Positions 30,701 to 39,482 of a stretch of 47,939 bases of DNA are shown piece by piece; position 1 is the first letter of the stretch; every line of letters starts with the position of its first letter. Below the pieces are notes generated by a model, which was not told the origin of the DNA, ran no database searches, and was given only the letters and a program-made list of their open reading frames with translations. Location: the NCBI GenBank assembly GCA_964406495.1, contig CAYOSB010000005.1, forward strand, positions 1 to 47,939. Direction: 5' to 3'. Position numbers and translations under genes: made by a program. The DNA is from an uncultured Bacteroidaceae bacterium (GTDB lineage: Bacteria; Bacteroidota; Bacteroidia; Bacteroidales; GCA-2748055).

Positions 30701-33146
30701 CTGCAAAACACCGCTTCCAACCTGGAAAACCACTTCACCTGGTTCATCTGTCAGCTTCGAATTCAATGGTTCATTGATAGGGATTTATGACATAAAAGCC
30801 CGTGACGCAGGTACAATAAAGGTCAGTATCGATGAAGGACCGTGGAAGGAATACAATATGTATGTGGACGGAACCATACAAAGGCCCATCCTGTTTGAAG
30901 ATAACCTTGGCAACAGCCTACATCATATTCGAATTGAGTTTTCAGAAAACTCAGCATCCGGTCAGGCCTGGTATGCCTCTTCCTTTATAATCAGGGATGA
31001 TGGTACCACTTATATTGATCCTGATCGCGAAAAAGCGGGTAATGGGTCTTTCACTTATCCCTTCAATAGCTGGAATGAGGTGGAATGGAAAACCGGGCAT
31101 ACCTATCTGCAAAAACGGGGAACCATAGCCCGGGAGCAGATCATAATCGGCGCATCGGGAAGCAAAGAGCAATATCTCAGGATGGGTGCTTATGGAACAG
31201 GAGATCATCCAGGAATAGAATATTCTTTTCCCGATACCCTGTATGATAAAGAAACAGGTACCATAAAAACGGATTCTTTTCGGGAATTCATCCATATTAA
31301 AGATCTGGAAATTGTTACCCTTGAATTTGGAAGGGGAATTAATTTTAATCATTCCGGAAGCAATCTCATACTTGAAGACCTGAAAACAGGGCCTACCGGA
31401 AGTCATGGAATATATCTCCATGACTGGGATAGTGTTATAATCAGAAATTGTGAGCTCCATCATGCCGGCACTCAATCACTTTGGACCTCTGCAGACAACC
31501 TGCACCTGGAAAATTGTCACCGGTACCTTGTCGAATACTGCCGGTCGTATGACTGTATGCAAAATGCACCTTTTGATGCCTCCGACGGCGGGAGTGGTTA
31601 TACCTCCGGAACCTTTCAGTACAATTATGCCTCGGGAAGGAGCAGCGAGCATACCTGGGCACATTATAAAATGAGCGGGCAGCATCAGCAGTCCGAAGTG
31701 ACCTTGTTATACAATATTTCAAACGGGAATACGGGGGGATGTGGCATAGCCCTGCAGGAAAACTGTCATGCTACTGCCATAGGCAATACCATCTACAATT
31801 GCAGATATGGGTTTCAACAGAAAGGGAGAAACAATACAGTGAAAAACAATATTGTACATACCGCTCAGGCTGCCATTCGTTACGAGACCCAACCCGCAGC
31901 ATATGATCACAATATATGGCATAACACGGAAGTATTTGCCAGGGAACCTGTCGATTCGGATCCGGCCAATGACAGGGTCAAATACAATACCCTCGCTGAC
32001 TGGCAGAAAGATTCTAACCTATGCTTTGGTCAGCATAGTCTCAGCGCTGATCCCTTGTTTAAATCACCTGGTTCAGGAGATTTCTCCCTGCTAAGCGGTT
32101 CTCCGGCCATCGATGCCGGTGAAAAGTTGGATTCGGCTTTCCAAATGGGATTGGATTCCGCTTCTGTCTGGTCGGGAAAAATATCTTTGTTGAATCAAAA
32201 CCGCTTCGGTTCTGGCTGGGAAATAGGGGCTTTTGTCAATGTCGCCTCATTCCGTGTAAATACTATTCATACGAACGGTACTATTCAGCCTCCGGGTGGG
32301 GAATTCCGGGAAGGAGATACGGTAAGCTTTACTGCCATTCCCGATGAAAACCATGTTTTTGATGGCTGGAACATGGATACATCATTTAAAACAAACCCTG
32401 TAAAGCTTGTCGTTACCTCAGATACTACTCTGTATGCTTCTTTCTCAAAAATTTTCAAGCTCGATGTATCTGTCATCAATGGTCAAATCTCCCCCGCCAG
32501 TGGATATTATCGTGAAGGGACTCAACTCAGCATTGAGGCAACACCAAATGATGGGTTTGAATTCTGGGGCTGGAAAGGAGATACAAGCGGTTTGGCCAAC
32601 CCAATTCATATTATCATGGATACTTCCAAATACTACCAGGCTGTCTTCGAACAAATACAATTTTTCCTTGAAACATATGCTGAAAATGGCACCATTACAC
32701 CTGGCAATGGATATTATAATCAAAACGAAGCACTTACTTTAATAGCTGTTCCTTTTGAAGGATATGAGTTTTCGCATTGGATGGGAGACGCAGCAGGAAA
32801 CAGCAATCCTCTGGCCATAACCATGGATACCAATAAACAAGTAACAGCGGTATTTAATATTCTGACAGGGAGTGAATCCAATGGTGAATCTTCAAAAAAA
32901 GCGCTGCGGACTATCAGGGTATTTCCCAATCCCTTCAATGAATTGCTTATAATCTACTGCTCAGGTCAAAACAATATGGATAATGTGAAGTATGAGTTGT
33001 ATGATGTAATGGGTAAGAAAATAGATTCAGGAAAGTGTACTTTAAGCAAACCTCTTGATATGGGTCATCTGGATCAGGGTGTCTATTTTTTAAAAACCTA
33101 CCTCAATGGCGTAAGCCACCAACAAAAGATCATTAAACAGTATTAA
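27744..33146 (+). CDS. T9SS-secreted protein D: CBM-like domain + alginate-lyase-like (alpha/alpha) domain + SGNH esterase + beta-helix module + 4 InlB-B-like repeats + CTD (start may be ATG 27852)
   Basis: LSFWMY...LYIDDIRW beta-sandwich. HPG..., LAAELMW..WT.AEK.RF, SNWG and GGLPKEIERG..IHY for the toroid. GGSITQ/IGGT/EFAVND/DGVHP for SGNH. Beta-helix ~31011-32234. CTD VFPNPF...GVYFLK...KIIKQ. Confidence 0.8.
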   Translation: MKYPTTIKTSSKIICCLSDISEKNNSVQSRTTRYAWMGNKQVAFSIALLMLVTLNVGSLFCQGVIIDDENIENWSDHAKLDSQIVVKGDYSIKWENISENETMTCYAVPDTMGFKNTLSFWMYCDNPTQAQVSVFLQTSDNEDITAYPNDGYWVWFKLDWHGWKKWEFTGAHFHPAKAATYSHDSYHTIIKDVKMLRFDTDNDSGYGTMGRISWIEGKNANADGRRENVTLYIDDIRWNNEPVWKQVNRPHPGGLITGEMINNAREGYNSGNSSYISAIEDLGKYASRSYDKIINFPQFAADCGTPDSYGYNIRVEFGDDEHIGMLGWDAENALRCAMAYALDLNDPFPNTNLTRDDFRDKALDILNQWALVRKYSGYNEDDNPAGGLELSSRGSKLFLAAELMWDCPEWTQAEKDRFLYFATEAAWHTLSTVIYRSMSNWGWQAMHTMFLINHLADRSHEYDLMHFKNLLNIAICGPLDGNSFAGGQDKIFNTGGLPKEIERGFQSIHYTGWALRGGAGACEIIAHDMGLNLYDWISLNGEGSLRNALVDFYWQYGRNNDTEHTWINYPETQSQDHLEYDLVEAMGYIFENQDMLNYNSYSMAFGGLGFLGVHVFRPHSLTAQSLIVPDSNHATIKTPYIQYKLTTESKNGTITPSSGTYTNGTEIELVAFPDEGYVFQKWQGDTTSTDNPLTISIDSNIHVTANFVAQLDNVKELQPRGYLPNFFQKIKYKDTVRIAYIGGSITQHEGWRVQSFNWFKNQYPGVPFEQINATIGGTTSRLAAFRYELDVLQNEPDLVFVEFAVNDDLVLTDEESKKGMEGLVRKTRLFDPGIDLCFVYTIRSSMLNDLKNERLPEKYKLMEEIAGYYGIPSVNFGDTIAEMHNDGQLVFTGDLPSNPLDLPIVFSSDGVHPHIESGHVLYTESIIRSMKLLRDSFGVINHSFPTVPLMKNNYEDTRLVPVTPEMQQGKWEDVTQRYEDIISQYACKTPLPTWKTTSPGSSVSFEFNGSLIGIYDIKARDAGTIKVSIDEGPWKEYNMYVDGTIQRPILFEDNLGNSLHHIRIEFSENSASGQAWYASSFIIRDDGTTYIDPDREKAGNGSFTYPFNSWNEVEWKTGHTYLQKRGTIAREQIIIGASGSKEQYLRMGAYGTGDHPGIEYSFPDTLYDKETGTIKTDSFREFIHIKDLEIVTLEFGRGINFNHSGSNLILEDLKTGPTGSHGIYLHDWDSVIIRNCELHHAGTQSLWTSADNLHLENCHRYLVEYCRSYDCMQNAPFDASDGGSGYTSGTFQYNYASGRSSEHTWAHYKMSGQHQQSEVTLLYNISNGNTGGCGIALQENCHATAIGNTIYNCRYGFQQKGRNNTVKNNIVHTAQAAIRYETQPAAYDHNIWHNTEVFAREPVDSDPANDRVKYNTLADWQKDSNLCFGQHSLSADPLFKSPGSGDFSLLSGSPAIDAGEKLDSAFQMGLDSASVWSGKISLLNQNRFGSGWEIGAFVNVASFRVNTIHTNGTIQPPGGEFREGDTVSFTAIPDENHVFDGWNMDTSFKTNPVKLVVTSDTTLYASFSKIFKLDVSVINGQISPASGYYREGTQLSIEATPNDGFEFWGWKGDTSGLANPIHIIMDTSKYYQAVFEQIQFFLETYAENGTITPGNGYYNQNEALTLIAVPFEGYEFSHWMGDAAGNSNPLAITMDTNKQVTAVFNILTGSESNGESSKKALRTIRVFPNPFNELLIIYCSGQNNMDNVKYELYDVMGKKIDSGKCTLSKPLDMGHLDQGVYFLKTYLNGVSHQQKIIKQY

Positions 33147-33163
33147 CCAATAATATATTAAAG

Positions 33164-36100
33164 GTGTATCGTTTTAGCCGTTTTATATCAATTGTAAAAA
33201 TTATGTTGCTGTCGGGCATTCTCTCTTTTCTCAGTTTATCTGTGATGGCCACGACCTATTATATTGACCCCGGCGCCAGCACCAACGGATCGGGGACAAT
33301 AGAGAGTCCCTTTAATAGCTGGGGGGCTATTTCAAGCTGGAAAGCAGGTGATACGTATTTGCAGAAAAGGGGTACCGTATGGAACACTACCATACAGGTA
33401 GGTAACAGCGGGACGGCAGAAAATTACATCACAATAGGCGGATACGGAGAGGGAGATAAGCCTGTAATAGAAACAACAGATAATCCGGGGATCATCATTT
33501 CCGGAAGGAGTTATATAAAAATCAAGGATTTTCATATTATCACAAGGGGACAGGAAAGATACTGGTTAACCTCTGGTATCTATGGTGGCCAGGGTGGAGA
33601 TTATAACATTCTGGAAGACCTGGAAATTGGTCCTGCTGCTGCACATGGGGTGTATCTCCAGGGACATCATAACCTGGTGGTGAGACGCTGCGTTTTTTAT
33701 AACACGGGAACAAAAGATGAATGGGATAGCTGTGATAATATTCACCTTGAAAATTGCCACAATTACCTGGTGGAATATTGTGTTTCATACAACGCCCTCC
33801 AGGGTGCTGTTTATGACGCATCGGACGGTGGAAGCAGCTATACCACCGGTACCTGGAGGTACAATATCGGCTATCGTACACCAGATTCGAATACGGAGCA
33901 CTCCAACTGGAGTATCTTTAAAATGTCAGGACATTCTTCCCAGTCGAAAGTAACACTGTTCAATAATATTGCTTACGGAAGTTTTAACGGTCCCGCATAT
34001 GCATTGCAGGAAGAACTTGATGCCACGGCGATCGGAAATGTTGCTTACGATTGCGTGGCAGGTTTTCAGCAGGTACCTGCATCTAACATCATTAAGAACA
34101 ACATTGTGATGAATTGCGGGGAAGTTATTTATTTTCCTTCCGGCAATTTTCCCGAACAAATGGATCATAACCTGTATTATAATAACAATCGCTTTGCCAG
34201 TGGAAATGGGACCGTTTACTCCAGTCTTGCAGATTTTAAAACAGCTTCCAACCTGGATCAAAACAGCCTGGTTGCCGATCCTAAATTCAAGGATGCAGCC
34301 AATTATGACTTTACCCTGTTAAGCGGTTCTCCTGCCATTGATGCAGGAGATAGTCTCGGATCCGAATATGAAATGGCTGTGGACCCTTTTTCAAGCTGGA
34401 CAGGGGACGTGCGACTGCTAAATCAGAATGATTTTGGCGAGGGCTGGGAAATTGGACCTTACGTTTACAAATTTGTCAACCATATCGATCCTTCATCCCT
34501 GACCAATGGAAATGGAAGCTTTAACAATCCTTATAATAGCTGGGATTCGGTAAAATGGCAAACCAGCGGGATTTACCTCCAAAAAAGGGGAACCACCTGG
34601 GAAGGGAACATCGGAATTGAATCCGGCGGTACTGAAGAAGCCCCGCTGATTATAGGTTCTTACGGTGAAGGTACAACTCCGAGGATTGAATCAACCGATA
34701 CCATCGCCATTCACCTGAACGGTAATGATTATATCAACATAGAGGATGTACATCTCAGCACATCAGGCACGGATGCCCATGGCATCTTTGCCAACATGAG
34801 CACGGGTATATCCCTGAAGGGTATTGAAATTGCATCTCCCGGTGGTTCCGGTATTTATCTGGATGCAACTCATGATGCTCAGCTTGAGAATCTGCATGTA
34901 CACCATGCTGGTGATGATAACATCAGGATAATCAATTCAAACAATTATACCCTGTCATCCTCGCTCCTGCATGATGCGGGTGGACAATCCCTTCAAATTA
35001 ACGGTGGCAGCGGGAGCGTGAAGTATAATAAAATATATAATGAAATAGGATGGAGCCTTTGTATGATAAATAGTGATATCAGCATATCAAACAATGTATT
35101 GTATGGGGCAAGTTCTAACTCAGGTCCCGCCATTGCCTTACAAGGTGGAACGGCGCAGGTATATAATAATACCATTCATGACGCTACCATCGGAATTTAC
35201 CTTCAAAGTCCCGGACATGATCTTAAAAACAACATTTTATCCAATTGTAACATCGGAATCCGCACCCATGTTGATGAATTTCCGGGTGAATCCGATTACA
35301 ATTTATTCTTTGAGATAGAGAATAACAGGCATGTTCAAATTGATGAACAAGCAGGAGATGGCGAAATATTTAAGAATTATGATTTGGCTTCATGGCAGGG
35401 AATTGACAGCCTGCAGTTCGACCTGAACAGCTTTGTTGCCGATCCGGTATTTGTAAATCCCGCCACAGGTAATTTCGCCCTGCATTCAAATTCCTTTGCA
35501 ATTGACAGCGGGACAGTCCTCGGTGAAAATTACCAGATGGCACTGGATTCAACTACAAATTATCCCCGGGGTGTGAAACTCATCAACCAGAATGACCAGG
35601 GCCACAGCTGGGAGATAGGGGCTTATGCTTACATCCCGGTCTATTACAAGCTTGATATTACGCGATCAAATGGTTCGGTGGAACCCGGTAGCGGCATGTA
35701 TATTGCGGGAAAAGAAGTCACGCTGACCGCCATACCTGATGCAGGCTATACTTTCGAAAGCTGGGAGGGTGACCTGAACAGCGAGGAGAATCCGCTGACT
35801 TTCTCCATGGATAGCAATATCCACCTTAATGTTAATTTCAAGGCAATCGATTTGGAGCCAGTTGTATATGAGATGGAATACGGTTTTGCCCACCGGTCGC
35901 TCGACGATCCCCTAATGATTGAAAACAGGCATCCGGGTTATTCCGGAATAGGCGCGGTTAATACCGATAATGAACCGGGAACCTGGGCGGCTGTTATTGT
36001 GTATGCAAACCAGGGAAAGCATGATATGAAAATGCGGTACGCCCTTGGTGGAACCTCCGACCGGCCGGTCAATGTATTTGTAAACAGTGAATTGCAAATT

Positions 36101-37780
36101 GAGAATTTGAATTTCCCATTAATTAGTGCGGGTGAAGAAGGCTGGAAAACCTGGGATTATACAAACCTTTCGCTAGACCTGAATGGAGGAGGTGATACCA
36201 TTAAATTTGTTGCAACTTCCGAATCAGGTTGTGCAAACCTCGACAGGTTAGATGTATTCCAGGACTTCGTATTAAATGATACCGTGAAAATACAGGTGGA
36301 AAGCAGTTTTTATCATTTACATGGAAGCGGAAGCCAGGTAGAATCAACAAGTACGGGTTATACCGGTCAGGGCTACCTCAATGTAGCCAATTCAGACGGT
36401 TCATGGTGGAGACAGATTGTTTTTACTCCTGGATCAGGAGAATATACATTTGGCCTGAGATACGCAAATGGCCATGCCGGCAGTGTCATTGCAAGTATTC
36501 GGGTGGATGGCAAAATGGAAATCGACAGCCTGGACCTTGAAAGTACAGGTGGATGGAACCAATGGGGCTATAAGACTTTTAATCTTGACCTGGAAGGAGG
36601 ATATGACACCCTGCTTTTCACCACAACTTCCGGGAAAGGTGCTCCTTATGTGGACAGGCTTGATCTGTTACCCGGTGCTGAGTTGTTCGAGATATATGAA
36701 CTGAACGTGTTTTCTGAAAACGGTTTGGTGACCCCGGGCAGCGGATCTTATAAAGCAGGTACCGAAATCAGTTTAACAGCTGCACCTGACGACAATTATG
36801 CCTTCACCGATTGGAGCGGGGATATCATCAGTTCAGATAATCCTGTAAGCTTTACATTGGATTCGAGCATGAATATCAGGGCTAATTATACGGGCGTATA
36901 CCGATTAACCACCCTGGCTGAAAACGGCAGGATTGATACATCCGGTGGAGTGTTCAACGAAGGTACCAGCATTAGCTTACATGCCATACCTGATAGCGGT
37001 TACGCCTTTTTACAGTGGACCGGTGATATCACATCGGATGAGAATCCGGTTGAGCTTGTAATGGACAGTGATAAAGAAGTCAGGGCCCTGTTTGTTAAAC
37101 TTTACAAGTTAACCACATATGCCGAACATGGTACCATCGACACATCCGGTGGAACATTCCCGGCGAACTCAGAACTTTACCTGATCGCTACCCCCGATTC
37201 AGGCTATGTGTTTTATTACTGGAGTGGAGATATTGCCGGTAATGCTAATCCTGTAAGAATCGTGTTTAAATCGGATAAATATGTAGTGGCAAACTTTGTC
37301 AAACTGTATAAATTGGAAGTTAGTGCTGTGAATGGTGAGGTTTCTTTTTCAGATACCATACTCAGGGAAGGATCGGAAGTGGAACTCCTGGCTATCCCTG
37401 ATACAGGCTACCAGTTTATGGGATGGGAGGGAAGTGTCAACGATACTACCAATCCCCTGCAAATAGTAATGAACCAGGACATTACCTTAAAAGCCCTGTT
37501 TGAAGAAATTACCGGTGTGGATAGGATCAGGTCAGGAACAGGAGCAGCCAGGGTTTATCCCAATCCGTTCAGCGGACAAATTCATATCGAACTCATGAAT
37601 AATATAGAGAAAGGCAATTATAAGATAGAAATGTACAATATGCTGGGCATGTTGGTGATGCAAAAGCCCATTATGAGCACAGACCGGCTGAAGACCGGTT
37701 CGCTTGAAAAAGGAGTTTACCTACTGAAAATATACAAGGATCGAAGCTTATTACATATTGAAAGAATGATCAAGCAGTAA
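33164..37780 (+). CDS. T9SS-secreted protein E: two beta-helix modules + two CBM35/CBM6-like modules + 5 InlB-B-like repeats + CTD
   Basis: Modules ~33257-34462 and ~34481-35626. CBM motifs YEME..HPGYSGIG..RYA..W.TW..ANLDRL and TGYTGQGY..RYANG..TGGWNQW..PYVDRL. CTD VYPNPF...GVYLLKI...RMIKQ. Confidence 0.83.
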   Translation: MYRFSRFISIVKIMLLSGILSFLSLSVMATTYYIDPGASTNGSGTIESPFNSWGAISSWKAGDTYLQKRGTVWNTTIQVGNSGTAENYITIGGYGEGDKPVIETTDNPGIIISGRSYIKIKDFHIITRGQERYWLTSGIYGGQGGDYNILEDLEIGPAAAHGVYLQGHHNLVVRRCVFYNTGTKDEWDSCDNIHLENCHNYLVEYCVSYNALQGAVYDASDGGSSYTTGTWRYNIGYRTPDSNTEHSNWSIFKMSGHSSQSKVTLFNNIAYGSFNGPAYALQEELDATAIGNVAYDCVAGFQQVPASNIIKNNIVMNCGEVIYFPSGNFPEQMDHNLYYNNNRFASGNGTVYSSLADFKTASNLDQNSLVADPKFKDAANYDFTLLSGSPAIDAGDSLGSEYEMAVDPFSSWTGDVRLLNQNDFGEGWEIGPYVYKFVNHIDPSSLTNGNGSFNNPYNSWDSVKWQTSGIYLQKRGTTWEGNIGIESGGTEEAPLIIGSYGEGTTPRIESTDTIAIHLNGNDYINIEDVHLSTSGTDAHGIFANMSTGISLKGIEIASPGGSGIYLDATHDAQLENLHVHHAGDDNIRIINSNNYTLSSSLLHDAGGQSLQINGGSGSVKYNKIYNEIGWSLCMINSDISISNNVLYGASSNSGPAIALQGGTAQVYNNTIHDATIGIYLQSPGHDLKNNILSNCNIGIRTHVDEFPGESDYNLFFEIENNRHVQIDEQAGDGEIFKNYDLASWQGIDSLQFDLNSFVADPVFVNPATGNFALHSNSFAIDSGTVLGENYQMALDSTTNYPRGVKLINQNDQGHSWEIGAYAYIPVYYKLDITRSNGSVEPGSGMYIAGKEVTLTAIPDAGYTFESWEGDLNSEENPLTFSMDSNIHLNVNFKAIDLEPVVYEMEYGFAHRSLDDPLMIENRHPGYSGIGAVNTDNEPGTWAAVIVYANQGKHDMKMRYALGGTSDRPVNVFVNSELQIENLNFPLISAGEEGWKTWDYTNLSLDLNGGGDTIKFVATSESGCANLDRLDVFQDFVLNDTVKIQVESSFYHLHGSGSQVESTSTGYTGQGYLNVANSDGSWWRQIVFTPGSGEYTFGLRYANGHAGSVIASIRVDGKMEIDSLDLESTGGWNQWGYKTFNLDLEGGYDTLLFTTTSGKGAPYVDRLDLLPGAELFEIYELNVFSENGLVTPGSGSYKAGTEISLTAAPDDNYAFTDWSGDIISSDNPVSFTLDSSMNIRANYTGVYRLTTLAENGRIDTSGGVFNEGTSISLHAIPDSGYAFLQWTGDITSDENPVELVMDSDKEVRALFVKLYKLTTYAEHGTIDTSGGTFPANSELYLIATPDSGYVFYYWSGDIAGNANPVRIVFKSDKYVVANFVKLYKLEVSAVNGEVSFSDTILREGSEVELLAIPDTGYQFMGWEGSVNDTTNPLQIVMNQDITLKALFEEITGVDRIRSGTGAARVYPNPFSGQIHIELMNNIEKGNYKIEMYNMLGMLVMQKPIMSTDRLKTGSLEKGVYLLKIYKDRSLLHIERMIKQ

Positions 37781-37842
37781 GTAGTGGTGTTACGAGAACT
37801 GACACAGGTATTGACATTTTCTTACAGAAAACAACAAATACA

Positions 37843-39438
37843 ATGAATATGAAATTCAACATTTTTCTGCTGGCTTGTTTTTTTACAGTAATAATCATGC
37901 CGGCATTTAATCAGGATACCAATAGAGCGGATAAATTGATCCTGGAAAATCAGAAGGAAAACAACTGGTGGTTTGGTGTTGTCAATCATGGAGAGCAAAT
38001 GCCCCTCTCAGGAGAATATAGTGCTGATATTTATGGGAATAATTATGGCAATCAGATTGTCCCATTATTGATCGCAAATGATGGACAATACATCTGGTCG
38101 GATCAACCATTGAAGGTCAATTATGATAACGGTACCTTAAGTGTAGAATCCCATGGCGGAAAGATTTTTCATTCAAACGAAGCCAATTCATTAAAAGAAG
38201 CTTATCGTATTGTAAGTCAAAAACATTTTCCACCAAGCGGAAAATTGCCTGACTTGTCCCTGATTGAAGCCCCGCAGTACAACACCTGGATTGAACTCAT
38301 GTACGACCAGAATCAAAGGGACATCATGGATTATGCCAAAGCTATCCTTGACAACGGTTTTCCACCAGGTGTAATAATGATTGATGATAATTGGCAAATA
38401 GATTATGGCAACTGGGATTTCAAGCCCGACAAATTCCCGGATCCAAAAGCTATGATGGATTCTTTGCATGATATGGGTTTTAAAGTGATGCTATGGATGT
38501 GTCCCTTTATTAGTCCCGATTCAAGAGTTTACCGAAAACTAAGAGATGAAGGATTATTGTTAAAAGAAGAGAATGGAAATGCTGCGATTTTAAGATGGTG
38601 GAATGGCGCCAGCGGATTATTGGATTTCACCCATCCGGATGCTGTAAAATGGTTTGAAGAACAAATGGATTATCTGGTGGAAGAATATGGTGCTGACGGA
38701 TTTAAACTGGATGCTGGAGATACCAGGTATTATACCGATGTAGTTGCCCATAAAGATGTAACACCCAACGAACACACCCGGCTTTATGGAGAATTCGGAT
38801 TGAAATACCCATTAAATGAATACCGGGCCAATTATAAACTTGGAAATCAACCCCTTGTTGAGCGTTTACGAGATAAAGGTCATTCCTGGGAGGACCTTCA
38901 AAAACTGATTCCGCATATTTTATTACAGGGTATCGCAGGATATGCTTTTACATGTCCGGATATGATCGGCGGCGGCGAATATACTGCATTCTTAAACAAT
39001 GATCGATTAGATCAGAAGTTGATCGTCCGTTCGGCCCAGGTTCATGCCCTGATGCCCATGATGCAGTTCTCTGTGGCTCCCTGGCGCGTACTCGATACAG
39101 AACATCTTGCTGCAGTGAAAAAGGCTGTTGAAATACGTCAAAAACATACAGACTTAATTATTGAATTAGCTAAAAAGTCAGCTGATCATGGCGAACCTAT
39201 TGTTCGTTCCATGGAATATGTATTTCCACATCAGGGTTATGCAAAAGTGAAAGACCAGTTTTTATTAGGTGATGATATTTTGGTGGCCCCGCTGATTGAA
39301 AATGGTACATCCCAAAGACATGTAATTATTCCAGAAGGGCAATGGGAAGATAATAAAGGTAAAAAAATTACTGGCCCTGGAACCATTACTATTGATGTTG
39401 CACTTGATGAATTGCCTTATTTTAAACGGATTGAATAA
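37843..39438 (+). CDS. Glycoside hydrolase family 31 (NET37/MYORG-like type, possible alpha-galactosidase)
   Basis: Signal AFN|Q; PQYNTWIE, IDDNWQ..YG, KFPDPK, DGFKLDAGD (nucleophile), PDMIGGG (acid/base), PMMQFSVAPW, DQFLLGDDILVAP. Confidence 0.88.
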   Translation: MNMKFNIFLLACFFTVIIMPAFNQDTNRADKLILENQKENNWWFGVVNHGEQMPLSGEYSADIYGNNYGNQIVPLLIANDGQYIWSDQPLKVNYDNGTLSVESHGGKIFHSNEANSLKEAYRIVSQKHFPPSGKLPDLSLIEAPQYNTWIELMYDQNQRDIMDYAKAILDNGFPPGVIMIDDNWQIDYGNWDFKPDKFPDPKAMMDSLHDMGFKVMLWMCPFISPDSRVYRKLRDEGLLLKEENGNAAILRWWNGASGLLDFTHPDAVKWFEEQMDYLVEEYGADGFKLDAGDTRYYTDVVAHKDVTPNEHTRLYGEFGLKYPLNEYRANYKLGNQPLVERLRDKGHSWEDLQKLIPHILLQGIAGYAFTCPDMIGGGEYTAFLNNDRLDQKLIVRSAQVHALMPMMQFSVAPWRVLDTEHLAAVKKAVEIRQKHTDLIIELAKKSADHGEPIVRSMEYVFPHQGYAKVKDQFLLGDDILVAPLIENGTSQRHVIIPEGQWEDNKGKKITGPGTITIDVALDELPYFKRIE

Positions 39439-39482
39439 TCGTTATTGATTCTTTATTGGGTAATACTAAATCATATAATCAC

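Larger units (their letters stand above)
18811..37505 (+). repeat. Dispersed ~65-70 aa InlB-B-like (Flg_new_2-type) protein repeats, about 23 copies (6/4/4/4/5 in proteins A-E)
   Basis: Consensus Y.L...AENG.V.P..G.Y..GT.V.L.A.PD.GY.F..W.GD....NP....MD.D..I.A.F, counted by eye in the translations. Confidence 0.85.

Noticed and set aside
18811..37505. Repeats considered as CRISPR, DGR or invertible-element signatures
   Set aside because: They are diverged in-frame protein repeats. There is no reverse transcriptase, recombinase or cas gene, and the C/E differences are synonymous rather than adenine-specific.
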